From Bacteroidales bacterium (GTDB lineage: Bacteria; Bacteroidota; Bacteroidia; Bacteroidales; UBA10428), in NCBI GenBank assembly GCA_016936215.1, contig JAFGPL010000150.1, positions 5,262-69,261 of the forward strand: DNA of 64,000 bases. Direction: 5' to 3'. Made by a program: the position numbers and the translations under genes. Below, in pieces: positions 36,029 through 47,196 of the stretch. The notes under the pieces are model-generated. The model did not search any database. It was given only the letters and a program-made list of their open reading frames with translations, and was not told the origin of the DNA. Numbering within the stretch: position 1 is the first letter of the stretch; each line of letters starts with the position of its first letter.

Positions 36029-37027
36029 TCAGATACTGTTATATGCCCATTTGAGATAAATGGTGCCCCAGGTAAATCCGGCACCAAACGAGGTTAGGAT
36101 AAGGTTATCACCTTTATTCAGCCTTTTTTCATAATCCCAAAGGCATAACGGTATTGTGGCTGCGGTTGTGTTTCCGTATCTTTCGATATTTATCATTACC
36201 TGTTCGGGTTTTATACCCATGCGGCGGGCAGTGGCTTCAATAATTCTCATATTGGCCTGATGTGGAACGAGCCAGGTGAGTTCTTCCGGTTTGAGGTGAT
36301 TTCTTTTCATGATTTCTACCGATACATCGGCCATTTTTGACACGGCCACTTTAAACACAGCCTGGCCTTCCTGGTATACAAAGTGTTCCCTTTCATCAAC
36401 GGTTTCGTGCGAACAGGGTTTGAGCGATCCGCCGGCTTTACAATGCAGGTGTTTATATCCGCTTCCGTCAACCTGTAAAATCGAGTCAATAATGAAATCA
36501 TCCCCCTTTGCCGGTTCCAATAGCACTGCACCGGCGCCATCACCGAAAAGCGGACAGGTGGTACGGTCGGTGTAATCTGTTATGGCCGACATCATATCAG
36601 CCCCTACTACCACTACTTTCTTATATGCCCCCGATTCCACAAACCTTCTGCCTGTTTCCAATGCATAAATAAAACCGGAGCAGGCTGCATTGATATCGTA
36701 ACTGAATGCATTTACCAGGCCGGCTTTATAACAAATAAGATTTGCAGTAGAAGGGAATGGCATATCGCCTGTAATGGAAGCGCAGATCAGAAAATCAATT
36801 TCACCGGGACTGGTATTGGTTTTTTCGAGCAGTTCGTTTAAAGCCATCACGGCCATATCGGAAGTTGCTTTGCCTTTTTCTTTCAGAATCCTTCTTTCTT
36901 TAATGCCGATGCGTTGCATAATCCATTCGTCGCTGGTATCAACCATACGGCTTAATTCATCATTGTCAAGGATATCGCTGGGGACATACCCTCCAACGCC
37001 TGTTATGGCAGCTTTAATATCAGACAT
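36029..37027 (-). CDS. fabH: 3-oxoacyl-ACP synthase III
   Basis: Catalytic triad contexts 'NAACSGF', 'VPHQANMRI' and 'YGNTTAATIP'. Confidence 0.9.
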   Translation of the reverse strand: MSDIKAAITGVGGYVPSDILDNDELSRMVDTSDEWIMQRIGIKERRILKEKGKATSDMAVMALNELLEKTNTSPGEIDFLICASITGDMPFPSTANLICYKAGLVNAFSYDINAACSGFIYALETGRRFVESGAYKKVVVVGADMMSAITDYTDRTTCPLFGDGAGAVLLEPAKGDDFIIDSILQVDGSGYKHLHCKAGGSLKPCSHETVDEREHFVYQEGQAVFKVAVSKMADVSVEIMKRNHLKPEELTWLVPHQANMRIIEATARRMGIKPEQVMINIERYGNTTAATIPLCLWDYEKRLNKGDNLILTSFGAGFTWGTIYLKWAYNSI

Positions 37028-37968
37028 TATTTAAATGCTTCTTTAATTTTATCAATCAGTTTTGCATTGATAACGCTGGCTGTGTGCAGGATCATATTTT
37101 TTATGGCAATCTCGTTTGATATACCGTGACCAATAATTACCGGAGCATTGATCCCGAGAATGGGTGTACCGCCGTAATTTACGAAATTGAATTTTTCAAA
37201 AAATTCGTCCTGAATCTTTCGTTTTCTTATCAGTGAGTAAAATGCTTCGGCTTCTTTAAGCATGACATTTCCGACAAAACCGTCGCATACAATAACATCC
37301 GCCTTATCACTGAAAAGTTCATTTGCCTCAATATTGCCAATGAAATTAAAATCAACAGTTCCTTTCATGGCCGAAAATGCGGCTTTTGACTGAAGGTTGC
37401 CTTTTTCTTCTTCCGATCCGATATTTAATAATGCAACTTTCGGATTATTAATATTATACACATACTCAGCATAAAGCGAACCCAGTATGGCATACTGGTA
37501 CATTACATCCGGCTTTGTATCGGGATTAATTCCTACATCAAGCAGTATGGTAGGGTTATCGGAAAGTTTGGGTATCGAAGCGGTAATACATGGCCTGATA
37601 ACCCCTGGCGCTGATTTAACCAGGTGCATTGCACCAACCAGCATAGCGCCCGTGTTTCCGGCACTGGCAAAGCCATGCAACATTCCCTGGCTTAACATTT
37701 TAAAACCAAGTACAATACTGGCATTGGGTTTCTGAGTGAATGCCTTTGCAGGGTAATCACTCATTTCGATGGTATCTGTTGTATGGATAACCTCAAATAC
37801 GGAAGGGTCAAAACCTTGTGAACTGCATATTTCCACTATCTTTTCCCTGTCGCCGATAAGCACCAGTTTTGTATCATCCGGCAATTCACCGGCTGCAATT
37901 ATAGCGCCTTTTACAGTAGAATCAGGAGCGTAGTCACCACCTAAAATGTCTACACCAATTTTAATCAT
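37027..37968 (-). CDS. plsX: Phosphate acyltransferase PlsX
   Basis: 'IGVDILGGDYAP' and 'CDGFVGNVMLK'. 1-nt overlap with fabH. Confidence 0.9.
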   Translation of the reverse strand: MIKIGVDILGGDYAPDSTVKGAIIAAGELPDDTKLVLIGDREKIVEICSSQGFDPSVFEVIHTTDTIEMSDYPAKAFTQKPNASIVLGFKMLSQGMLHGFASAGNTGAMLVGAMHLVKSAPGVIRPCITASIPKLSDNPTILLDVGINPDTKPDVMYQYAILGSLYAEYVYNINNPKVALLNIGSEEEKGNLQSKAAFSAMKGTVDFNFIGNIEANELFSDKADVIVCDGFVGNVMLKEAEAFYSLIRKRKIQDEFFEKFNFVNYGGTPILGINAPVIIGHGISNEIAIKNMILHTASVINAKLIDKIKEAFK

Positions 37969-37983
37969 ATGATAAAAAAAAGG

Positions 37984-38169
37984 TTATGCTACAGCTTCTT
38001 TCTCAATTGCCAGTTTGCCTTTGTAGTGGCCGCATTCGGGACATACCCTGTGATACTGTATGGCAGCGCCACAGTTCTGACAGGTTGATAAAGTAGGGGC
38101 AACAGCTTTGTAATGTGTCCTTCTCTTGTCTCTTCTCTGTTTCGAGTGCTTTCTTTTCGGATGTGCCAT
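37984..38169 (-). CDS. rpmF: 50S ribosomal protein L32
   Basis: 'MAHPKRKHSKQRRDKRRTH' and 'CQNCG..x..CPECG'. Confidence 0.9.
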   Translation of the reverse strand: MAHPKRKHSKQRRDKRRTHYKAVAPTLSTCQNCGAAIQYHRVCPECGHYKGKLAIEKEAVA

Positions 38170-38174
38170 TTTTA

Positions 38175-38723
38175 TTAATTATTATTAGTTCCTAATATAT
38201 CTTTCAATTTATCCCACGCGGGATTTGTTTCCTGCTCTTTTAGTTTTACTGTATGATTCTTCAGTTGTTCCATCATAGCCCTGTTGCAGGCTGGTAAGCC
38301 GTCAACATCGGGGTGCATCCTTTTAAGGGGGATTGATAAGCTGATGCTTTCGTAAATGTAATGCTCAAGGTCTATCTCGTGTTCAGCAGGGTTGAGAAAA
38401 ATTATATCTTCGTTTTCTTCACTGTGCTCGTTACGTTCGCTGAATTTTACATAAAGGTTTCCGTTGTACCGGATATCCTGAATGTAAGCATCGAGACACC
38501 TGTCGCATTGCAGGGTGATATTCCCTTGAATCGAAACCTCAAAGGTTAGAAAAGTACTTCTTTTCAACATCCTGATATCAATATTAAGATTACCGTCAGA
38601 GGCTTCCAGTTCCGGATGCGCTTCAAAGAACTCCCTGGTTGCTGCAAAGTTAAAATCGTGATATCCTTCTTTTAACCCGCCGAAAGGAATAATATATTGA
38701 TTCCTTATTTTCAACCTGTTCAA
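38175..38723 (-). CDS. yceD: YceD/DUF177 family protein
   Basis: Conserved position upstream of rpmF-plsX-fabH. 'LTLQCDRCLD' is the Cys pair typical of DUF177. TTG start in the track. Confidence 0.7.
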   Translation of the reverse strand: MNRLKIRNQYIIPFGGLKEGYHDFNFAATREFFEAHPELEASDGNLNIDIRMLKRSTFLTFEVSIQGNITLQCDRCLDAYIQDIRYNGNLYVKFSERNEHSEENEDIIFLNPAEHEIDLEHYIYESISLSIPLKRMHPDVDGLPACNRAMMEQLKNHTVKLKEQETNPAWDKLKDILGTNNN

Positions 38724-38820
38724 TAAAAAAGTGGTGCAAAAGTATTAATTATTATCAGAATAAAAAAGAAAAATGTTCTAAAGACAGGAAATGCATTAAA
38801 TTGGCTTGTTTAAAAGGAAA

Positions 38821-39201
38821 TCAGGCAAAGTGGTGTTCGATTGTTTCAATAAGGGTGTCAATAAAATAATCGTCTTTGATAACATATTTTTTCGCGCCGT
38901 TTTCAATGAATTTCTGTATCAGTTCAGGGTTTTTTTCACGGCTGAGGATGATCACATCAATGTTTTTTTTGAATTCAGATATCTTGTGAAGTGTTTCGAG
39001 CCCCGACATGCTGTTTGAGTCTTCGTCGCCCAGGTAATAGTCGAGCACGATAAGGTCGGGGTTGAGCTTAAGGTTTTCGATACATTCTTCGCCCGAAAAA
39101 TATGATTTTACTTCGTAGCCGTCCCTGCATTTAAAGGTATATTCCATGAGGTTGAGCATCATCTTGTCATCGTCTACGAAAAAAATCAGTCTGTTTTTCA
39201 T
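38821..39201 (-). CDS. Stand-alone response-regulator receiver (CheY-like) protein
   Basis: 'FFVDDD' acidic pocket, 'LIVLDYYL' phospho-acceptor Asp, 'VIILS' and 'AKKYVIK'. There is no output domain. Confidence 0.8.
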   Translation of the reverse strand: MKNRLIFFVDDDKMMLNLMEYTFKCRDGYEVKSYFSGEECIENLKLNPDLIVLDYYLGDEDSNSMSGLETLHKISEFKKNIDVIILSREKNPELIQKFIENGAKKYVIKDDYFIDTLIETIEHHFA

Positions 39202-39248
39202 TGCCGGGCCTGGTTTTTAATATTGAAAGGGTTTTAATGTTAATTGTT

Positions 39249-39326
39249 AAAAATTGCTTTGTAACCCTAAGTTAGGAAATTTTCTAATGGTCGTAAAAAA
39301 ATTTTCAGGGTTACAAAGCAATTTTT
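39249..39326. repeat. Perfect 20-bp inverted repeat with a 38-nt spacer
   Basis: 'aaaaattgctttgtaaccct' (39249-39268) and its exact reverse complement 'agggttacaaagcaattttt' (39307-39326). It lies between the barrel gene stop (39340) and the receiver gene start (39201). Confidence 0.7.
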
Positions 39327-39339
39327 CTTTTGACTCTAA

Positions 39340-39924
39340 TTATAGTTTAAAAGTTACCCCCAGGTTAAGGTAGGCAATACTGTAGCCGAGTTCACAAAAT
39401 ACAGCAAGATTATCCTGAAAGTAATATTTACCGCCAACGAAAAATCCATAACCTGGAAATAATCCTGCATCGGATGCAGGTTCGTATGCAGATGGCCATT
39501 CCCCATAATTACTTTCGGTTCTAATCCTTAATCCTAATATTATTCCGGCGTATGTATCAAGATTATCAATAAATTCCACATGATATGTGCTTCTTGCACC
39601 TGCCATTATTTCTGTGTATTTTCGGCCATAATTATCATTATATAAATAATATGTCATTTTATATTTGGAACTAGTAAAACCAAAATATCCGCCAATACTT
39701 AACACACCAGGGCCAATATCATCCTTAAATCCATAATCCAAAGATACAGATATTGGAGGTATAACTGTCTTTCCTAAAATGTAATATGATCCGAAACCAA
39801 TACCAAGGTTCACATCTTTTTGTCCCACACTGAATAACTGACTTTTAGCTTCCATTGAAACCATTCCAACTAAAAGCAGGGCGGCAATCGCGCCAATTAA
39901 GGTTTTCATCATTTTTGCTCTCAT
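39340..39924 (-). CDS. Small outer-membrane beta-barrel protein
   Basis: Start chosen at 'MRAKMMKTLIGAIAALLLVGMVSMEAKSQ' (signal peptide). Gly/Tyr-rich beta-strand pattern ending in 'LGVTFKL'. The 81-codon N-terminal extension in the track has no support. Confidence 0.55.
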   Translation of the reverse strand: MRAKMMKTLIGAIAALLLVGMVSMEAKSQLFSVGQKDVNLGIGFGSYYILGKTVIPPISVSLDYGFKDDIGPGVLSIGGYFGFTSSKYKMTYYLYNDNYGRKYTEIMAGARSTYHVEFIDNLDTYAGIILGLRIRTESNYGEWPSAYEPASDAGLFPGYGFFVGGKYYFQDNLAVFCELGYSIAYLNLGVTFKL

Positions 39925-40164
39925 TGATTCAATATTTAATAAGGTTAATAGATTTTTCAAAACGACAAATTTATAAAATTGATGTGGGAATAAGACCCCA
40001 TCGGTTTCATATTTTTTAAACATAGAAGAAAAAATTGACAAAGGTTTGGATTTTATCCACCAAATAAAAAAAAAGGCATGTTGGATAATTGAACGAATTG
40101 CTATAAATTTATAATTGCAATAAAAGCAATGTAAAATAATATTAGTTTTGTGATAAATTTTTAA

Positions 40165-41676
<1,512 letters not shown>

Positions 41677-41693
41677 CCTAATACAAATGCATT

Positions 41694-41939
41694 GTGAAAC
41701 TTGAAATCATCACCCCGGAAAAGAAGCTCTACGAAGGAGAAATTACGCTTATAAAGGTCCCCGGTTCAAAGGGCAGTTTCGAGGTATTGAAAAACCATGC
41801 CCCGATTATTTCCACACTCGAAAAAGGGACCATTAAAATTGTTACTGACAATAAAGATGACCTGTTTATTGATGTGGAAGGCGGGATTATCGAGGTGCAG
41901 CGAAACAAGATCATCATACTGGCAGATATTTCGGGGTAA
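41694..41939 (+). CDS. atpC: F1 ATP synthase epsilon subunit (short form, beta-sandwich only)
   Basis: GTG start 17 nt after atpD. 'LEIITPEKKLYEGEITLIKVPGSKGSFEVLKNHAP'. 81 aa. Confidence 0.85.
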   Translation: MKLEIITPEKKLYEGEITLIKVPGSKGSFEVLKNHAPIISTLEKGTIKIVTDNKDDLFIDVEGGIIEVQRNKIIILADISG

Positions 41940-42027
41940 CAAAGCTTCAGAACCAATAAAGATATTATTAAGCTCGCAAGGTCTTGAAATGAAGTAAAAA
42001 CTTGATAAATTAGCCCCCCAAAAAACA

Positions 42028-43020
42028 TTGGTTAAATTTCTTATTGTCCGGTTTAGTTCTATTGGAGACATCGTACTTACCACCCCGGTAATCCGCTGTC
42101 TCAAGCAGCAGGTTGAAGGGGCTGAAGTGCATTTCCTTACAAAAAAACAGTTTTACCCGGTAATAAAGTCAAATCCTAATATTGATAAAATATACCTTTT
42201 GGATAACAGTTTTGGTGCGCTCATAAAGCATTTAAAGCAGGAAGAATACCATTATATCATTGACCTTCACCACAACCTGCGCACACTCAGGTTAAAACAA
42301 GCCCTCCGGGTACTCGCCTTCCCGTTTGACAAACTGAATTTTAAAAAATGGCTGCTGGTGAATTTAAAAATCAATAAACTCCCCGCTGTTCATATTGTAG
42401 ACCGTTATTTTCATACGGTAAGCCTTTTTGATGTTGTAAACGACGGCAAAGGGCTTGATTATTTTATCCCTGAGGATGAGGAGGTTAATCTTTCATCACT
42501 TCCTGAAGCATACCGTAAAGGATATATTGCGGTGGTTGTAGGCGCCGGACATGTTACCAAACAAATTCCAGATGATAAACTGGCTGAGATTTGCAACCGT
42601 ATTGAATTACCGGTGGTTTTACTGGGGGGTCGGGAGGACTATCAGAAAGCAGAAAATGTAAAAAAACAATGCAGTAAAGAGTTATTCAATGGTTGCGGCA
42701 AATACAGCATCAACCAGTCGGCTTCGCTCATCAGGCAGGCTGCGGTGGTTATCACCCCCGACACCGGGCTCATGCACATAGCTGCTGCTTTTAAGAAAAA
42801 AATAATCTCGGTATGGGGCAATACAGTGCCGGAATTTGGCATGTATCCTTATCATCCGCATCCTTCATCGGCAATTTTCGAGGTAAAAGGGTTGAAATGC
42901 AGGCCATGTTCGAAAATCGGGTATGCCAAATGCCCGAAAAAGCATTTCAGGTGTATGAATGAGATAGATTACGAAAGTTTAGTTAATGCTATTACCTCTT
43001 TATTAAAAATAGAAGCCTGA
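42028..43020 (+). CDS. Glycosyltransferase family 9 (LPS heptosyltransferase-like)
   Basis: 'LIVRFSSIGDIVLTTPVIRCLK' and 'TPDTGLMHIAAAF'. TTG start. Confidence 0.8.
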   Translation: MVKFLIVRFSSIGDIVLTTPVIRCLKQQVEGAEVHFLTKKQFYPVIKSNPNIDKIYLLDNSFGALIKHLKQEEYHYIIDLHHNLRTLRLKQALRVLAFPFDKLNFKKWLLVNLKINKLPAVHIVDRYFHTVSLFDVVNDGKGLDYFIPEDEEVNLSSLPEAYRKGYIAVVVGAGHVTKQIPDDKLAEICNRIELPVVLLGGREDYQKAENVKKQCSKELFNGCGKYSINQSASLIRQAAVVITPDTGLMHIAAAFKKKIISVWGNTVPEFGMYPYHPHPSSAIFEVKGLKCRPCSKIGYAKCPKKHFRCMNEIDYESLVNAITSLLKIEA

Positions 43021-43172
43021 TTATTCATATACGGTTAGCAAAATTTTTAAGACTTTAATGGCATATTGTCTAAACTTTATATCTTTGAGTTACACAAGTT
43101 ATATTTATTGAAATGATTCAAATCAAGATAATTTGATTTTGTTTATTGGAAACGGTTTAATAGCATAAAAAA

Positions 43173-43703
43173 ATGAAAAGTATATTATTTCTTTTTTCAG
43201 TTTTAACTTTTTTTTCGTATTCATTTGGTCAACAGCCACTTCAGATAAGAAAAGGCAGAATAAATACCACTAATGGAGAACTCATAAAGTTTAGTAACCT
43301 TCATGAAGAGGGAGGAAAAATTAGTTTTACCAAACCTGGACAAACAGGAGAATATTCTTTAAATCTTGATGATGTGCTTAAGATAGATAAAAAATCCGGA
43401 GATCACACACTTCAGTTTGCTTTAATAATGGGCGCTTCTGGATTACTTGGCGGGATTATCGGATATAAAATTTCAGAAGCAAGTTTACAACCGGGTTATG
43501 CTATAGATAAGAAGGCCAGTACGAGGAATGTCGTTATTTTAACCGGAATTTCTGCTTTTGCAGGGGCAATCTGGGGAGCTAACCTGCCTAAATATGAAAC
43601 AGCTTATGAAAACCCAAAATATTCATCACTTTTGCTTCGCAATTTAAAAGTTCATCTTGCATTTGGGAATACCCAACAAATTGGGATCATTTATAAATTT
43701 TAA
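43173..43703 (+). CDS. Secreted/membrane hypothetical protein
   Basis: Signal peptide 'MKSILFLFSVLTFFSYSFGQ'. Two Gly-rich hydrophobic segments ('GASGLLGGIIGY' and 'GISAFAGAIWGA'). Confidence 0.4.
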   Translation: MKSILFLFSVLTFFSYSFGQQPLQIRKGRINTTNGELIKFSNLHEEGGKISFTKPGQTGEYSLNLDDVLKIDKKSGDHTLQFALIMGASGLLGGIIGYKISEASLQPGYAIDKKASTRNVVILTGISAFAGAIWGANLPKYETAYENPKYSSLLLRNLKVHLAFGNTQQIGIIYKF

Positions 43704-43722
43704 ATTACAAAAACCTAAATCT

Positions 43723-44181
43723 ATGAAAAAGTTACTTTTTTATTTGATGCTGATTTTATTATCTGGAGTTTTATCAAATTGCGGTTCGTCATCGAAAGTT
43801 ACCAATGAGGAAAAGAAACCTGCTGTATCCAAATTAATAGCTGTTCCGGAGGGGAAATCACTGGTATATTTTGTACGCCCGAGTTTTCTTGGTACCGCTA
43901 TCAACTTTAAAGTATTCTGCGATGATGAATACGTTGGATTAACAAAAGGTTCGAATTACATTTACACTATTGTTGAACCAGGCAAACATACATTTCTTTC
44001 ACAGGCTGAGAACAAAGAAGTATTACAAATGGTAACAGAATCAGGCAAGGTTTATTTCATTGAGCAAATACCCCAGATGGGTGCAATTAAAGCAAGAAAT
44101 AAACTGGTGGTTTTAAATGAAGAAGAAGGTAATGAGAAACTTAATAAATGCAAACTAAACAAAGAATTTCAGCCAAAATAA
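43723..44181 (+). CDS. Lipoprotein, DUF2846-like
   Basis: Start chosen at 'MKKLLFYLMLILLSGVLSNCGSS' (lipobox). 'SLVYFVRPSFLGTAINFKVFCDDEYVGLTKGSNYIY' resembles DUF2846. Confidence 0.5.
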   Translation: MKKLLFYLMLILLSGVLSNCGSSSKVTNEEKKPAVSKLIAVPEGKSLVYFVRPSFLGTAINFKVFCDDEYVGLTKGSNYIYTIVEPGKHTFLSQAENKEVLQMVTESGKVYFIEQIPQMGAIKARNKLVVLNEEEGNEKLNKCKLNKEFQPK

Positions 44182-44190
44182 TAATAAATT

Positions 44191-46842
44191 TCAATTCTCG
44201 TTAGCCGGAATAGATTCCATGCTGTTCCGGCTTATTTTTTGGTTGTTCTCAAAAGATGAAGGTATAAACTGGTTGATTTTTGGCAGCAGTGTTTCAATAC
44301 TAAGGGGTTTCGCAATATAATCGTCACAGCCGCTCAGGATGCTTTTTTCCCTGTCGCCCGACATGGCATAGGCTGTCTGGGCAATAACAGGAAGGTTCTT
44401 TCTGGTTTTTTTAATTTCCCTTGTGGCATCGTATCCGTTCATTTTGGGTAGTTGAATATCCATCAGTACCAGGTCAATCGCGTCATTATTCTTACATAAT
44501 TCAATTGCTTCCAGTCCGTTACGGGCTCGGGTAACAGAAACACCGGTTCGCTTTAACAGTTCCTGCAGAAAGTGGTAGCTCTGCTCATCATCTTCTACCA
44601 CGAGGATGGTTTTATCAGGCCAAAAATAACTTTCGGGTTGATCATTTGCAGCATTGGATGCAATCATTGCTGTTGTTTTCAGGTAAGGCAGTGTGAAAAA
44701 GAAAGTAGTACCCGACCCGGGTGCAGAGTCAACCCACATGTCGCCACCCATAAGTTCAACCAGGTTTTTCGATATGGCAAGACCGAGTCCTGTGCCAACG
44801 ATGTTTTTCTCTTCAGAATTTGAGGTTCTCTTAAACCTTTCAAAAATAATTCCAAGCTCTTCTTTTGACAATCCTACACCGGTATCTTTTACATAAAACT
44901 CGATTCTTTTCTCGTCTTTTAACCTGTATCCAAATTCTACCGAACCTTTTTCGGTGAATTTTATTGCATTGCCAATAAGGTTCGAGATTATTTGTTTCAG
45001 CCTGAAAGGGTCAGTCTTGATGACATGCTGTTCCATCTCTTTGTTCATCACCAGCGCGATTTGTTCTTTGCCGGCTTTGCATTTTATCTCATCAAAAGTC
45101 TTATAAAGTTCGGAGAACAATTCATTTACATTCAGTTCTTTTTTATTGATCTTCAGTTCGCCGGCTTCGATCTTGGCAATATCAATGATATCGTCAATAA
45201 GGTTCAGCAGCATTTCACCGCTTGAGCGGATATAGTTTATGAAATCTTTCTTTTGTTCTTCGGGTATCTCATCGGAAGCCAGCAGGTTTGAAAAACCAAT
45301 GATTGAATTCATCGGGGTCCTTATTTCATGCGACATATTGGCAAGGAACGATGATTTTAGTTTATCGGAGGTTTGTGCTTTCCGGGTTTCGGTTTTTAAA
45401 GAACGGATATAGGTTTTTTGCTCGGTTACATCAATAATAATCCCTCGTTTGCCAGCTATCGTATTGTTTTTTATTATGTTATCGGAATAAACCGATGCAG
45501 GGAAACGGCTCCCGTCTTTACGTATGGCTAAAAAGTTGGAGTTTTCCAGCCTTACTTTTCCCATAATGTCATCAGTGGTTTCTGAAATAACCGTTTCGAT
45601 AAGGTTCAGGCCTTCTTTCAGGTCTTCCCTGGTATAGCCGAAATTTTTATAAAAGGCTTTATTTACATAGGTAAAATTTCCAAGTTCATCGGTTTCGTAT
45701 ATACTCTGAGGGAGCATGTCTGCAAGTTCGCGAAACTTCAATTCGTTGTCTTCTGCGTTTTTCAGGGCTTTATCGCGTTGTTGCTGCCGCACATGAAGTT
45801 GCGATACCATGTTCCTGAACTCTTTATAAATCTGGGTTATTTCAGATGCCGGGTTTTTCAGGTCAATGCGTTCATGGTAAATGAAGTTGTTTGCAGTAAG
45901 CCGTGATATATATTGAGTGAGTTTTTCAAGGTGGATCAGGACATATCTTGAAATAAAGAAACTGATAATCACTGAGATTATAAGTGCCACAGCCATAAAA
46001 ATACTGTAGTATACATTTAATTCCCTGAGCAAGGCCTTTTTTACAGCGCCCGATTCGCGCTGAAGATCTCTGAAGCTGTATTCAAGCAGGTCAGCACTTG
46101 CATTAAGCCTTAGTTTTAATCCCGTGTTGTCGTGCAGGCCAATTTTATTCTCAATTTCAACAAGTAACTTAAAAGTAGAGCTGTAGTCATTAATCAATTC
46201 AATTCCATTTCTTTTTTGTGTGGCTGTGAGGGCCTTACTCCTGCTGATATTGCGGATTAGGTTTTTTGTCAGCCGTTCGAAATTATCATAATAAAAACCT
46301 TCTTTTCTAAGCAGGTAGTCTTTCTCGTTTCTTCTTATCTGCAATAACAAAAATCGGTCAATACCTTTGGTTTTTTCAAGCTGGCTGACATAGTCAATCA
46401 TTTCCCCCTCAAGTCCGAAATTCTTATACCCCCTTTTAAAAACTAAGTAAACAAGGCTGTCAAAAAGAACATTATAGGTCTCAAATTCTTTTTCAATAAG
46501 GCCGGTTTTGCCTGTAACCGTTTCAGGCCAAGGATTTTCAAGGGTTTTTAATTTTGAAACCCTTTCTTTGAAATCATCAGTAAGATTTTGTCTTTCTGTT
46601 AAATAATTACTTTTCCCGGTAATAAAAAACTCAGGGTTGACTGTTTCTGCAAAAAGAAAATTATCTGATTTTTTTATGATACTAAGCAACTGAATGTGCA
46701 AAAGGTTTATTTCTTCTACAGCGCTGTTGATCTTATCTTTTTTCTGGTTGATAAAGAAATTTAGCGGAATAATAAATGAAGCCGTGAAGGCCACAAAGGC
46801 AAGCAGCCAAAATAAAACCCTATATCTTAATGATTTAAGCAT
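44191..46842 (-). CDS. Hybrid sensor histidine kinase / response regulator
   Basis: Two TMs flank a ~250-aa external domain, followed by a PAS-like segment. H-box 'FLANMSHEIRTPMNSIIG'. ATPase boxes 'GNAIKFT', 'DTGVGL' and 'GTGLGLAI'. Receiver 'ILVVEDDE..DLVLMDIQLPKMNG..IAKP'. Confidence 0.85.
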   Translation of the reverse strand: MLKSLRYRVLFWLLAFVAFTASFIIPLNFFINQKKDKINSAVEEINLLHIQLLSIIKKSDNFLFAETVNPEFFITGKSNYLTERQNLTDDFKERVSKLKTLENPWPETVTGKTGLIEKEFETYNVLFDSLVYLVFKRGYKNFGLEGEMIDYVSQLEKTKGIDRFLLLQIRRNEKDYLLRKEGFYYDNFERLTKNLIRNISRSKALTATQKRNGIELINDYSSTFKLLVEIENKIGLHDNTGLKLRLNASADLLEYSFRDLQRESGAVKKALLRELNVYYSIFMAVALIISVIISFFISRYVLIHLEKLTQYISRLTANNFIYHERIDLKNPASEITQIYKEFRNMVSQLHVRQQQRDKALKNAEDNELKFRELADMLPQSIYETDELGNFTYVNKAFYKNFGYTREDLKEGLNLIETVISETTDDIMGKVRLENSNFLAIRKDGSRFPASVYSDNIIKNNTIAGKRGIIIDVTEQKTYIRSLKTETRKAQTSDKLKSSFLANMSHEIRTPMNSIIGFSNLLASDEIPEEQKKDFINYIRSSGEMLLNLIDDIIDIAKIEAGELKINKKELNVNELFSELYKTFDEIKCKAGKEQIALVMNKEMEQHVIKTDPFRLKQIISNLIGNAIKFTEKGSVEFGYRLKDEKRIEFYVKDTGVGLSKEELGIIFERFKRTSNSEEKNIVGTGLGLAISKNLVELMGGDMWVDSAPGSGTTFFFTLPYLKTTAMIASNAANDQPESYFWPDKTILVVEDDEQSYHFLQELLKRTGVSVTRARNGLEAIELCKNNDAIDLVLMDIQLPKMNGYDATREIKKTRKNLPVIAQTAYAMSGDREKSILSGCDDYIAKPLSIETLLPKINQFIPSSFENNQKISRNSMESIPANEN

Positions 46843-47020
46843 CCACCTATATTGCCATTGTGCAACGCATGAAAATAATCATAATTCGAATAAAACATGT
46901 ATGAAAAAAATAAAAGTTTTACACATTTTTAATTTTGGCAAAGAACCATGTTAATACTTGTATGAAAACAGTTGGTGAGTGATTGTTTATAAGTCATACA
47001 AATTAGGGGTTGGATATATG

Positions 47021-47132
47021 CCACTAAGACAACAACCTGTCCGCCTCCGCCTCAGGCGGATTTGGCAGGCGGGCCTGTCCGCCGCACTGCTAATAAAGGC
47101 GGGGTCACGAAGGTTCACACAGTATATTTTTT
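47021..47132. other. GC-rich structured intergenic element (candidate small RNA or REP-type repeat)
   Basis: Hairpin 'tccgcc tca ggcgga' (47046-47060). 'cctgtccgcc' occurs twice (47036 and 47074), and 'ggcaggcggg' between the copies can pair with the upstream one. 'ccgcc..ggcgg' forms a second hairpin. A T-run lies at about 47126-47132. The flanks are AT-rich. Confidence 0.35.
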
Positions 47133-47196
47133 GTGTTTACTTAGAGCCTTTCTGGCAACGCATTACATTTTTCAACACTTAATTGGCAAAAATCAT

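Noticed and set aside
47000-47135. Possible tRNA, SRP RNA, 6S RNA or tmRNA in the GC-rich island
   Set aside because: I could not draw a cloverleaf: there is no acceptor/T-arm pairing and no GTTCRANYC-type T-loop. None of the conserved SRP or tmRNA motifs I know is present. It remains an unclassified element.
46979-47182. 67-aa ORF (GTG start) across the GC-rich intergenic element
   Set aside because: The translation ('PLRQQPVRLRLRRIWQAGLSAALLIKAG') is what a palindromic GC-rich repeat gives when translated. It has no start context. I report it as an RNA/repeat element instead.
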